64,000 nt of DNA from an uncultured Holophagales bacterium (GTDB lineage Bacteria > Acidobacteriota > Thermoanaerobaculia > Multivoradales > UBA5704), in assembly GCA_963842525.1 (NCBI GenBank), contig CAWJGT010000030.1, forward strand, positions 32,001 to 96,000. Direction: 5' to 3'. How positions within the stretch are numbered: the first letter of the stretch is position 1; each line of letters starts with the position of its first letter. Under the pieces are notes generated by a model. It saw only the letters and a list, made by a program, of their open reading frames with translations. It was not told the DNA's origin and did not search any database. A program made the position numbers and the translations under genes. This document shows, piece after piece, positions 37,941-47,458 of the stretch.

Positions 37941-40376
37941 CTACTCCGCCCGTAGCGCCTCCAGCGGATCGACCTGGGCGGCGCGCTGGGCCGGCAGCAG
38001 GGAGGCGAAGAGGGCGACGCCGAGGATCACGGCCGGCACGGCGGCGAAAGTCAGGGCGTCGCTCGTCGACACGCCGAAAAGGAGGCTGGCGAGGAAGCGG
38101 GCGAGGGTGTAGGCGGCGGCGAAGCCGAGGGCGAGGCCCAGCGCGATCAGGCCCATGCCTTCCCGCAGCACCAGGTTGCGGATCCGCGCCGGCGTGGCGC
38201 CCAGGGCGAGACGGACACCGATCTCGCCGCGCCGCTGGTGGACCGCGTAGGAGAGCACGCCGTAGATCCCCAGCGCGGCGAGGAACAGCGCGAGGCCGGC
38301 GAAGGCGGTCATCAGGAACATCAGGAACCGCGGCTGCGCCCTGGAGGCGGCGAGCACCTGGTCGAGCGTGCGGACCTCGGAAAGCGCCAGGCCCGGATCG
38401 AGCCGCCGGACCTCGGTGCGGATGACTCCGGCGAGAGCGCCCGCCTCACCGGTCCCTCGGACCACCAGGTTCATGTTGCGGTACGGGAATTGGGTGTGGG
38501 GGAAGTAGACCGCCGGCTCCACTTCGTTCTGGAGGGCGTTGTTCTTGACGTCGTCCACTACGCCCACGATCTCGAACCTCCCCTCATCGCGGATCATGCG
38601 CCCCAGGGGGCCGATGTTGCGGACCTGCGTGACCAGGGTCTTCCCGATTGCGCGCTCTTCCCCCCAGGCGCGGCGGGCCAGCTCACGGTTGACCACGACG
38701 ACCAGGGGCGACTCAGCGGTGTCGCGCGTGTTGAAGGTCCGGCCGGCGAGGAGCGGCACGCGCAGGGTCTCGAAATAGCCGGGGGTCGCGGTGACGAACT
38801 GCGCGGTGGGCTCGTCGCCGGCGGAGACCGGCCGGTCCGGCAGGGTGTAGGTGATGAGCCAGCCGGGCTCCAGGGGAAGGAAGCCGGTGGCTCCCGCCGT
38901 GCGGACCCCGGGGCGGTGCTGCAGCGCGTCCAGCAGCCCGGTGTAGAAGCGGCTCACCTGGCCCCAGTCCTCGTAGGCGGACGGCGGGAGCTGCACGTTG
39001 ACGGTCACCACACCCGCGGGCTCGAACCCGGGCCTCTCGGCGAGCAGCCGCAGGAAGCTGCGGATGAGGAGCCCGGCGCCGATCAGGAGGACCACCGCGG
39101 TCGTGACCTCCAGCACCACCAGGACGCTCCGGGCGCGACGGGCCGCCGGGCCGGAGCTCGCTCCTCTCCCGCCCTCCTTGAGCGTGCCCTGGAGGTTGAG
39201 GCCGGACATCTGGAGCGCGGGGACCAGACCGAACAGGATCACCGTGAGGAGGGTCGCCCCGGCGCCGAACGCCAGCACCCGGCCGTCGATGGCGACCTCG
39301 GCGAGGCGGGGGATGTCGAGCGGCTTCGTGGCGACCAGCAGCTCGAGCACAGCCCAGGCCAGGGCGAGCCCCAGCGCGCCGCCGAAAAGGGCCAGCAGGA
39401 GGCTTTCGGTGAGGAACTGCCGCAGCAGGCGTCCGCGGTTCGCCCCCAGTGCGGCCCGGATCGCCACCTCCCGCTCCCGCGCCGTGGCCCGCGCGAGCAG
39501 CAGATGGGCCACGTTGGCGCAGGCCATCAGCAGCAGGAGCCCCACGGCTGCGAGCAACACGAGGAGGGCCGGCCGGAAGTTGCCCACCACCTCGGCCTGG
39601 AGCGGCACGAGGCGCGCCCCCCAGTCCTTGTTGCTCGCGGCATGCTCCTGTCGCAGGTGTTCCGCCAGCGCCGCCAGCTCGGTCTGCGCCCGCTTCGGGT
39701 CCATGCCAGGGCGCAGGCGCGCCACCGCCTCCATGAAGTGGGCGTAGCGGCTGTGCCGGGCGAGGTTCCACGACAGCCGCTGCCAGACGTCGGTCTCGCG
39801 CGGGAAGTTGAACCCCGGAGGCATCACTCCCACGACCGTGTGGAGGTCGCCGTCGAGGCGGACCGCCTTGCCCACGATCGTCGGATCGCCGCCGTAGCGG
39901 CTCTGCCAGAGCCGGTGGCTGATCACCACCTCGGGCTCGTCGCCGTGGAGCTCGCCTCCCGTGGGGAAGCCGCGTCCGAGCCGCGGTGCCACGCCCAGGA
40001 CGGAAAAGAAATTGCCGGACACCTCGATCGTCGTGACGCGGACCGGATCGCCCTGCTCATCGGTGAGGTTGATCTCCGGCTGCCACCAGGCCGCGGCATC
40101 CGCGAAGACCCGGTCGAGGGCCCGGTAGTCGAGGAAGTTGACGGGGGAGAGCCGCTCGCGGTCGAGCCCCTCGGCCGCATTGGTCTCCCAGAGGGTCACC
40201 AGCCGGTCCGGGTCGGCATAGGGGAGCGGAGAGAGCACCACCGCGTCGACCACGCTGAAGATCGCCGTGTTGGCCCCCAGCCCGAGGGCCAGCGCCAGCA
40301 CCGCCGCGAGGGTGAAGCCGGGCCTCCGGCCGAGGCCCCGCAGGCCGTACCGCACATCGCTCAGGAACGTCCGCAT
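37941..40376 (-). CDS. ADOP/MacB-like duplicated ABC permease
   Basis: DVRYGLRGL.RRPGFT..AVLALALGLGANTAIFS, LLMACANVAHLLLAR, EIGVRLALGA, PAQRAAQVDPLEALRAE. Confidence 0.93.
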   Translation of the reverse strand: MRTFLSDVRYGLRGLGRRPGFTLAAVLALALGLGANTAIFSVVDAVVLSPLPYADPDRLVTLWETNAAEGLDRERLSPVNFLDYRALDRVFADAAAWWQPEINLTDEQGDPVRVTTIEVSGNFFSVLGVAPRLGRGFPTGGELHGDEPEVVISHRLWQSRYGGDPTIVGKAVRLDGDLHTVVGVMPPGFNFPRETDVWQRLSWNLARHSRYAHFMEAVARLRPGMDPKRAQTELAALAEHLRQEHAASNKDWGARLVPLQAEVVGNFRPALLVLLAAVGLLLLMACANVAHLLLARATAREREVAIRAALGANRGRLLRQFLTESLLLALFGGALGLALAWAVLELLVATKPLDIPRLAEVAIDGRVLAFGAGATLLTVILFGLVPALQMSGLNLQGTLKEGGRGASSGPAARRARSVLVVLEVTTAVVLLIGAGLLIRSFLRLLAERPGFEPAGVVTVNVQLPPSAYEDWGQVSRFYTGLLDALQHRPGVRTAGATGFLPLEPGWLITYTLPDRPVSAGDEPTAQFVTATPGYFETLRVPLLAGRTFNTRDTAESPLVVVVNRELARRAWGEERAIGKTLVTQVRNIGPLGRMIRDEGRFEIVGVVDDVKNNALQNEVEPAVYFPHTQFPYRNMNLVVRGTGEAGALAGVIRTEVRRLDPGLALSEVRTLDQVLAASRAQPRFLMFLMTAFAGLALFLAALGIYGVLSYAVHQRRGEIGVRLALGATPARIRNLVLREGMGLIALGLALGFAAAYTLARFLASLLFGVSTSDALTFAAVPAVILGVALFASLLPAQRAAQVDPLEALRAE

Positions 40377-40726
40377 CGTCGCTCCTCCCGTCGGTTTCGT
40401 CTCTGGGGAGATCTTACGCCGCCGGCCCGGTTGAAGTTCTGTTGCACTTCCCTCTCCCGAGGCCCGCGGAGACGCTGAGGGATTTTCCCAATCCCCCCTG
40501 AGGTTTTTTACCCCTCTTTCCCAGTTGACGGATCGGCTGTTCTTCTGTCTACTAAATAGAAGCAGTAGCGACTAAGCTCATTTCCGGAGCCGGGATCGAG
40601 GAGGGGCGTGCGGCCATCTTGGTTTCCCTTCATCCGCTGTAATGAAAGCCCGATCGCGGCGCCGGTGAGATAGACAGGGCGTCCGCGGCAGTCCAGGTTT
40701 GAGCTCTTCGTTAGGGAGGAGAGTCC

Positions 40727-42552
40727 ATGCCAGTCAGAGTCAGCTATCCAGGCGTCTACATCGAAGAGGTTCCGAGCGGAGTGCGCACGATTGTCGGGGT
40801 CGGCACCTCGATCGCGGCGTTCCTCGGCCGGGCCGCGTCCGGCCCTCCGAACGAGCCGGTGGAGGTCAACGGGATCGGTGAATTCGAGCGCTTGTACGGG
40901 CCGGTGTCGCTGGTCTGGCCATTGAGCCTCGCGGTCCGGGACTTCTTCCAGAACGGCGGCAGCCGGGCGATCGTGGTGCGGTTGTACAAAGAGGCTGCCG
41001 GCGACGGGGTCGCCAAGCCCACGGTCGGAGACGAGACGAAAGGGCTCAAGCTCCGGGCGGTTTCCCCAGGTGCCTGGGGGGCGGATCTCCGCGCCGACGT
41101 CGAGCTCCTCACCCCGAGCGACGATTTGAAGAAGCAGCTCGGGCTGGAACTGGAAGCGGACGAGCCCCTCTTCAACCTCACCGTCCGGCATCCCGGAAGG
41201 GGAGTGGAGGAGAGGCTCGGCAACCTCGTCATCACCCTGAGAGATCACCCCCGGCGCGTGGACAAGGTCCTCGCGGCCGAGTCGAGGCTCGTGCGGTGGG
41301 AGGGAGACTGGCCGACCGTTCAGGCCGATCTGCCCCAGGTGAACGACAAGGCGACGGACCTCGTCACGGCGAAGGAAGATGTGAAGCATGAGGACATCGC
41401 CGGCAAGAGCAAGGCGGTCGCCGACGGGCGGAAGGCGCTCATCGTGGCGCAGGCGAAGCTCATTGAGGCGCGGGCGAAGTTTCCTGAGAGCTCGCCGGAG
41501 GTCCAGGCTGCCAAGGCCACCCTGACGACTGCCGAGCAGACACTGACCACGGCCCAGCAGACACTGGCCACGGCCGAGGGCAAGGTGAAGGAGGTGCGGG
41601 ATAAGCTCGGGGCCTCCAACGGCGATGTCCTCGACAAGGTTGCCTATCTCGGCGATCTGGACAAGAAGACCGGACTCTTCGCCCTCGAGAAGGCCGACCT
41701 GTTCAACCTGCTCTGCATCCCCCCCGATACCCAGGAGGGCACCACGCCCAAGGTGGTCGATCCGCCCAAGGAGGTCTATCAGGGGCTCTGAAATACTGCG
41801 TCGATCGCCGTGCCCTGCTGATCGTCGATCCTCCAGACAACTGGGACTCCGTCGACCAGGCAAAGAACGGCCTGAGTGACCTGAGTCTGACCGGTCCCGA
41901 GGCCCGCAATGCCGCCCTCTATTTCCCCCGCATCCTGCAGAGCGATCCGGAGACCGAGGGTGGGTTCCTGAGCTTCGTCCCCTGCGGCGCCATCGCCGGG
42001 ATCATGGCCCGCACCGATACGCAGCGCGGCGTGTGGAAGGCGCCGGCCGGCGTGGACGCCAATCTGAGCGGCGTCCAGGGGCTGGAGCTGAAGCTCACCG
42101 ACAACGACAACGGGCGGCTCAACGAGGTGGGCATCAACTGCCTGCGCACCTTCCCGGTGACGGGCAACGTGGTCTGGGGGGCTCGGACGCTGCGCGGCGC
42201 CACCCAGCTCGGGGACGAATACAAATATGTCCCCGTCCGCCGGCTCGCCCTGTTCCTGGAGGAAAGCCTCTTCCGCGGCATCAAGTGGGTGGTCTTCGAG
42301 CCCAACGACGAGCCGCTGTGGGCGCAGATCCGCCTGAACGTCGGCGCCTTCATGCAGAACCTCTTCCGCCAGGGCGCCTTCCAGGGCCGGTCGCCGCGCG
42401 AGGCCTACTTCGTCAAGTGTGACAAGGACACCACCACCCAGAACGACATCAATCTGGGGATCGTCAACATCCTGGTCGGCTTCGCGCCCCTGAAGCCGGC
42501 CGAATTCGTGATCATCAAAATCCAGCAGTTGGCCGGCCAGATCGAGGCCTGA
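40727..42552 (+). CDS. Contractile tail sheath protein 1 (Afp2/3/4-like); frameshift at 41782-41785
   Basis: YPGVYIEEVPSGVR, FFQNGG. After CAGGGG the protein continues in another frame (ALKYCVDRRALLIVDPP...GVWKAPAG...WGARTL...WVVFEPNDEPLW...FAPLKPAEF). Confidence 0.92.
41519..41581 (+). repeat. Three 21-bp coding heptad repeats inside sheath 1
   Basis: ACCCTGACGACTGCCGAGCAG / ACACTGACCACGGCCCAGCAG / ACACTGGCCACGGCCGAGGGC = TLTTAEQ TLTTAQQ TLATAEG. Confidence 0.8.
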
Positions 42553-42567
42553 GGAGCCGAGGACACC

Positions 42568-44052
42568 ATGCCAGTCACAACCTCCTATCCAGGCGTCTAT
42601 GTCGAAGAGGTCCCCAGCGGCGTCCGCACCATCGCCGGCGTGTCCACCTCGGTGACGGCGTTCGTCGGCAGCGCCCTCCGCGGTCCGGTGGACAAGCCGG
42701 TGGTCCTCGGCAGCTTCGAGGAATTCGAACGGATTTTCGGCGGGCTGTGGCTCGACAGCATGCTGAGCTACGCGGTGCGCAGCTTCTTCCTGAACGGCGG
42801 CGGTCAGGCGATCGTGGTGCGGGTCCACAACGGCGCCAAGACCGCCGAGATCGATCTGGGCGAAACCAAGCTGAAAGCGAGATCGCCCGGGAAGTGGGGC
42901 GAGAAGCTGCGTGCCAGCGTCAGCTATCCCGCCCCGGACCTCGACCTCAAGGTCTACAACCTCCGGGTGCGTGACGAGGGGACCGGTTTTGAAGAAAGGT
43001 TTCTCAATATCTCGGCAGACTCGAGCTCGCCGCGCCGGCTGGAGAAGGTCCTGGCCGCAGCTTCACTGGTTGAGCCGGAAGGTACGATAGCGGCCAGCCG
43101 GCCGGGCGAGCAGACCGACAAGGCGGCGACCATCGGCACCGGCACCGACGGCGTGCAGATCACGGACGCCCAGCTCAAGCCGGGGGTCCAGGCGCTCCGC
43201 AAGCTCGAGAACCAGATCTTCAACCTCCTGAACATCCCGCCGATCTCGCGGGCCGTGGACGTCGGGAACGACACGCTCACCGAGGCCCTCGCCTTGTGTG
43301 TGGAAAAACGCGCGATGCTCCTCGTCGACCCGCCGCGCACCTGGAAGACCGTCCCTGATGCCGTGACCGGCATGACGATCTTTTCACTCAGCGGCGACGA
43401 AGCCAGAAACGCCGCCATCTACTTCCCGCGCCTGCGCATCCCGGACCCGCTCCAGGAAGGGCGACTCGCGGAGTTCGCGCCCGGCGGCGTCGTGGCCGGC
43501 GTCATGGCGCGCACCGACGTTCAGCGCGGCGTCTGGAAGGCACCGGCCGGGCAGGATGCATCGCTCAGCGGCGTGCCGGAGCTCAGCCTCCCCATGACCG
43601 ACCTGGAGAACGGGCGGCTCAATCCGCTGGGGCTCAACTGCCTGCGCGCTTTTCCCGTGATCGGCCGGGTGGTGTGGGGGGCGCGGACTCTGCGCGGGGC
43701 CGACCAGCTCGCGTCCGAATGGAAATACGTGCCGGTACGCCGCATGGCGCTGTTCATCGAGGAGAGCCTCTACCAGGGCACCCAGTGGGTGGTCTTCGAG
43801 CCCAACGACGAGCCGCTGTGGGCGCAGATCCGTCTGAACGTCGGCGCCTTCATGCAGGGCCTCTTCCGCCAGGGCGCGTTCCAGGGCCGGTCGCCGCGCG
43901 AGGCCTATCTCGTCAAGTGCGACAAGGAGACCACGACGCAGGCCGACATCAACCTGGGCATCGTCAACATCGTCGTCGGCTTTGCGCCCTTGAAGCCCGC
44001 CGAGTTCGTGATCCTCAAGATCCAACAGATGGCCGGCCAGATCGAGACCTAA
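42568..44052 (+). CDS. Contractile tail sheath protein 2
   Basis: YPGVYVEEVPSG, GVWKAPAG, VVWGARTL, WKYVPVRR, WVVFEPND, FAPLKPAEFV. Confidence 0.95.
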   Translation: MPVTTSYPGVYVEEVPSGVRTIAGVSTSVTAFVGSALRGPVDKPVVLGSFEEFERIFGGLWLDSMLSYAVRSFFLNGGGQAIVVRVHNGAKTAEIDLGETKLKARSPGKWGEKLRASVSYPAPDLDLKVYNLRVRDEGTGFEERFLNISADSSSPRRLEKVLAAASLVEPEGTIAASRPGEQTDKAATIGTGTDGVQITDAQLKPGVQALRKLENQIFNLLNIPPISRAVDVGNDTLTEALALCVEKRAMLLVDPPRTWKTVPDAVTGMTIFSLSGDEARNAAIYFPRLRIPDPLQEGRLAEFAPGGVVAGVMARTDVQRGVWKAPAGQDASLSGVPELSLPMTDLENGRLNPLGLNCLRAFPVIGRVVWGARTLRGADQLASEWKYVPVRRMALFIEESLYQGTQWVVFEPNDEPLWAQIRLNVGAFMQGLFRQGAFQGRSPREAYLVKCDKETTTQADINLGIVNIVVGFAPLKPAEFVILKIQQMAGQIET

Positions 44053-44064
44053 GGAGAAAGGCAC

Positions 44065-44598
44065 ATGGCCCAATTCACCGTCAATGCGAATCGGTTCGAT
44101 CCGTACAAGAACTTCAAGTTCCGCGTCTTCTGGGAGGGCAGCACGGCGCCGGTCGCCGGGGTCAGCAAGGTCGGCGGCCTGAAGCGCACCACCGAGGTGG
44201 TCGAGCACCGCGAAGGGGGTGATCCGAGCAGCTCCCGGAAGTCGCCGGGGCGGACGAAGTACGAGGCCATCACCCTGGAGCGCGGCGTGACCCACGACAC
44301 CGAGTTCGAGAAGTGGGCGAACAAGGTCTGGAACTATGGCTCCGGCCTCGGCCTGGAGGTCTCGCTCAAGGACTTCCGCAAAAACATCATCATCGAGCTG
44401 TACAACGAGGCCGGCCAGGTCGCCATCCGCTACAAGGTCTATCGCGCCTGGGTCTCGGAGTTCCAGGCCATGCCGGACCTCGACGCCAACGCCAACGCCG
44501 TGGCGATCCAGAACATCAAGCTGGAAAACGAGGGCTGGGAGCGCGACTACGAGGTCCCGGAGCCGGCCGAGCCGACGTTCACGGAGCCGGCGGTGTAG
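44065..44598 (+). CDS. Tail tube protein (T4 gp19-like, Afp1/5)
   Basis: RFDPYKNFKFRV, EHREGG, PGRTKYEAITLERGVT, RKNIIIELYNEAG, LDANANAVAIQ. Confidence 0.95.
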   Translation: MAQFTVNANRFDPYKNFKFRVFWEGSTAPVAGVSKVGGLKRTTEVVEHREGGDPSSSRKSPGRTKYEAITLERGVTHDTEFEKWANKVWNYGSGLGLEVSLKDFRKNIIIELYNEAGQVAIRYKVYRAWVSEFQAMPDLDANANAVAIQNIKLENEGWERDYEVPEPAEPTFTEPAV

Positions 44599-44604
44599 GC
44601 GAAC

Positions 44605-45348
44605 ATGCGCGCCCTGACCGCCGCGGAGCTGCTGGGCGTCTGGGAGCGCGGCCAGGCCGAGCCGCCGGTGCGGCAGGCCCTGGCGCTGCTCGCCGCCGCC
44701 TGTCCGGAGACGCCGCCCGACGAGCTCGCCAGGCTCAGGATCGGCCGGCGCGACCGCCTGCTGCTGGAGCTGCGCGAGCGCACACTCGGCCCGCAGCTCG
44801 TCAGCGTCGCCGCCTGCCCGGCATGTGGTGAACGGCTCGAGGTGGAGCTCGCGGTACGGGACCTGCTGGTCGACCAGAGCGAGGACGACCCATCCCACTC
44901 CCCCCTCTCGGTCACCGCGGACGGCTGGGAGGTCCGGTTCCGCCTGCCGCACAGCCTGGATCTGATGGCTCTCGCCGGCAGCGCCGAGCCCGCCGAAGCC
45001 CGGCGCTGTCTGCTCGCGGCCTGCCTGCTCGAATCGCGCTCTCCGGAGGGCGAGGACACCCCGGTCGAGGCGTTGTCCGGGGCCGTCCTGCAAGCGGTGG
45101 CCGACGCGATGGCCGAAGCCGACCCGCAGGCCGACCTCGAGCTCGCCCTGACTTGCCCCGCGTGCAGCCACGTCTGGCTGTCCCTCTTCGACATCGTCTC
45201 GTTCTTCTGGACCGAGATCGACGCCCGGGCGCGCGTCCTGCTCCATGAGGTCCACGTCCTCGCCTCGGCCTACAACTGGCGTGAAGCCGACATCCTGGCG
45301 CTCAGCCCGTGGCGCCGCCGGGCCTATCTGGAGATGGTCGGCCGATGA
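44605..45348 (+). CDS. eCIS baseplate/tail-assembly protein with two CPAC motifs
   Basis: CPACG...VRFRLP...DPQADLELALTCPAC...FDIVSFFW.E...EVHVLASAYNWREADILAL; occupies the slot after the tube gene. Confidence 0.7.
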   Translation: MRALTAAELLGVWERGQAEPPVRQALALLAAACPETPPDELARLRIGRRDRLLLELRERTLGPQLVSVAACPACGERLEVELAVRDLLVDQSEDDPSHSPLSVTADGWEVRFRLPHSLDLMALAGSAEPAEARRCLLAACLLESRSPEGEDTPVEALSGAVLQAVADAMAEADPQADLELALTCPACSHVWLSLFDIVSFFWTEIDARARVLLHEVHVLASAYNWREADILALSPWRRRAYLEMVGR

Positions 45349-46226
45349 GCGACTTCCTGGGCCATCTGGTGGCACGGAGCCTCGACCTGTCCCCGGCTAC
45401 CCCGGCCGTCCGCCCGCGGCTGGCGTCGCGCTTCGAGCCGGTGACCCCTGCGGTGGCTCCGTTGATTGAGGAGACGATGGAAGAGGTGGTGTCGGCGGCG
45501 GCTCCGGCGGCCCGGATCGAACATGTGCTCGCGGAGCCGGCTGCCGCCCGCCCGGCCCCTCACCCCCCTGGCCCCCCTCTCCCATCCGCCCCCCCTACCA
45601 CCCGGGAGAGGGGGGAAGAGGCACTGTCAGGGAGGTCTTTGGGTGGTGGCTCCCCTCTCCCGGTGGCTGGGAGGGCGGATGGGAGAGGGGCCGGGGGTGA
45701 GGGGCCGCCGCCTCCCCCTCAAGTCGGCCCTGTCATCAGACCTCTCCGTATCGAGGAGGGCCGGAGCAGGCCTGAGCCCGCTCTTCCTCCTTCGCTTGAG
45801 CCTACTCCTCGCGCACCGATCCCGGTCCAGGCCACGGCCGCGCCGCCCTTCCCGGAGCCGAGGCCACAGGTCGAGCCGGTGATCCGCCGCATCGAGGTCG
45901 AACGGGTCCTCACGCCCGCCTCTGCACCGCCGGCTCCCGCGCCGTCGCCCGCCGCTCCTACCCAGGCCAAACCGGCAAAGGCCGCGCCTGCTCCCGTTCC
46001 GGCTCCGCCCATCCTCCAGCCGCGGGTCCAGGCCGTGGAGCGCGGTCCGTTCCCGGCGCGCAGGGAGGAGCCGGCCGCGGAGCCCGTCATCCACGTGACC
46101 ATCGGCCGCATCGAGGTGCGGGCTACGCCGGCGCCCAAGGCCCCGGCCCGAGAGCGGCAGGCGGCCCGGCCGGCCGTGGACCTCGAGGAATACCTGCGCC
46201 AGCGGGCACAAGGAGAGGGCCGATGA
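45345..46226 (+). CDS. Proline-rich eCIS-associated hypothetical protein
   Basis: ATGA overlaps at both ends; N-terminus MSDFLGHLVAR...VRPRLASRFEP, C-terminus VIHVTIGRIEVRA...LEEYLRQR, Pro/Ala linker between. Confidence 0.8.
   Translation: MSDFLGHLVARSLDLSPATPAVRPRLASRFEPVTPAVAPLIEETMEEVVSAAAPAARIEHVLAEPAAARPAPHPPGPPLPSAPPTTRERGEEALSGRSLGGGSPLPVAGRADGRGAGGEGPPPPPQVGPVIRPLRIEEGRSRPEPALPPSLEPTPRAPIPVQATAAPPFPEPRPQVEPVIRRIEVERVLTPASAPPAPAPSPAAPTQAKPAKAAPAPVPAPPILQPRVQAVERGPFPARREEPAAEPVIHVTIGRIEVRATPAPKAPARERQAARPAVDLEEYLRQRAQGEGR
45553..45707. repeat. REP/MITE-like inverted repeat inserted within a CDS
   Basis: CGGCCCCTCACCCCCCTGGCCCCCCTCTCCCATCCG...CCGGGAGAGGGG mirrored by CCCCTCTCCCGG...CGGATGGGAGAGGGGCCGGGGGTGAGGGGCCG; same family as 23449-23651. 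Confidence 0.85.
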
Positions 46227-47458
46227 GCAACGGCCTGGCCATCGCCGCCGCCACGGCGACCTTGCGGAGCCTGCTCGACATCGGCCTGGGGAAGGGCACG
46301 GTGAACGTGACCGCGCGTCCTCTCGACCAAGCGCGGGTGAACAGCAGCGGCGACCAGGTCAATCTCTTCCTCTACACCACGCAGGTCGATGGCGCCTTGC
46401 GCAACCAGGACATGCCCGGCAAGGTCAAACCGGGAGAGACCGGCCGCCCGCCGCTGCCGCTGATTCTCTTCTACCTCCTGACCGCCTACAGCGACGACAA
46501 GGACGAGGAGAAGAGCCAAATGCTCCTCGGGCGGGCCATGAACATCCTCCACGACCACCCCCTGCTCGGCGCTGCCGAGATCAAGGACGCCACCGTCACA
46601 AACGTGCCGGGGAGCGACCTGCACGAGCAGATCGAGCGTGTCCGGATCACGTCCCAGCCGCTGCCGATCGACGAGATCTCCAAGCTGTGGGCCGGCTTCC
46701 AGACGCCGTACCGCACCTCGGCGGCCTACCAGGTCGCCGTGGTCCTGATCGAGAGCCGGCGGCCCGCCAAGACGCCGTTGCCTGTCTTGAAGCGCGGCGA
46801 GGACGACCGCGGCGCCGTCGCCGAGCCGGGTCTCATCCCGCCGTTCCCGACCTTGACGGACCTGGTCCTGCCACCTAAGCAGGCAAGCGCCCTCCTCGGC
46901 GACACGGTGACCCTGCGCGGACACCACTTGGATCAGGGCACCCTCACCGTCCGTTTCACCAATCCCCACCTGACCGATCCGGTGCCCTTCACGGTGGGGA
47001 CCACAACGGCGACCGAGGTGCAGGTCAAGCTGCTCGACATTGCGGACGACCCCGACGCGCGCAAGAAGTGGGTGGCCGGCTTCTACACGGTAGCGCTGCT
47101 CCTCAAGGACGGCGACCGCGAGCGTGCCACCAACGAGCTGCCGTTGACGATCGCGCCCGAGATCATTTTGGCGCCGACCGAGGTCACGCGTACGGGGCCC
47201 GACAAGATCGCCGCGATCGAGCTGACGTGCAGACCCGAAGTCCGCCCCGCGCAACGTGCCGCCCTGCTGTGGGGAGATCTGGAGGTCCCGGCCCTGGCGC
47301 ACCCGGCGCAGACGGACACGCTGCAGTTCGAGATCAAGCAGGCCCCTCAGGGCAAGCGCTTCCTCCGCCTGCGGATCGACGGCGTCGACAGCTTCCTGAT
47401 CGATCCTGACGCCGATCCGCCGGCCTTCGACGAAGACAAGATGTTGGAGATCAAGTGA
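46223..47458 (+). CDS. DUF4255 / Pvc16-Afp16-like tail terminator with C-terminal Ig-like extension
   Basis: MSNGLAIAAATATLRSLL, VNLFLY, PPLPLILFYLLTAY, LLGRAMNILHDHP, ISKLW..FQTPYRTSAAYQVAVVLIES. Confidence 0.88.
   Translation: MSNGLAIAAATATLRSLLDIGLGKGTVNVTARPLDQARVNSSGDQVNLFLYTTQVDGALRNQDMPGKVKPGETGRPPLPLILFYLLTAYSDDKDEEKSQMLLGRAMNILHDHPLLGAAEIKDATVTNVPGSDLHEQIERVRITSQPLPIDEISKLWAGFQTPYRTSAAYQVAVVLIESRRPAKTPLPVLKRGEDDRGAVAEPGLIPPFPTLTDLVLPPKQASALLGDTVTLRGHHLDQGTLTVRFTNPHLTDPVPFTVGTTTATEVQVKLLDIADDPDARKKWVAGFYTVALLLKDGDRERATNELPLTIAPEIILAPTEVTRTGPDKIAAIELTCRPEVRPAQRAALLWGDLEVPALAHPAQTDTLQFEIKQAPQGKRFLRLRIDGVDSFLIDPDADPPAFDEDKMLEIK

Noticed and set aside
40380-40726. Sigma54 promoter, ops element or riboswitch upstream of the eCIS
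   Set aside because: I found no convincing GG-N10-GC, GGCGGTAG or recognisable aptamer; TTGACG at 40525 lacks a well-spaced -10.
41775-41795. Programmed ribosomal frameshift in sheath 1
   Set aside because: No X_XXY_YYZ slippery heptamer; it matches the pattern of single-base G-run errors seen elsewhere in the window.
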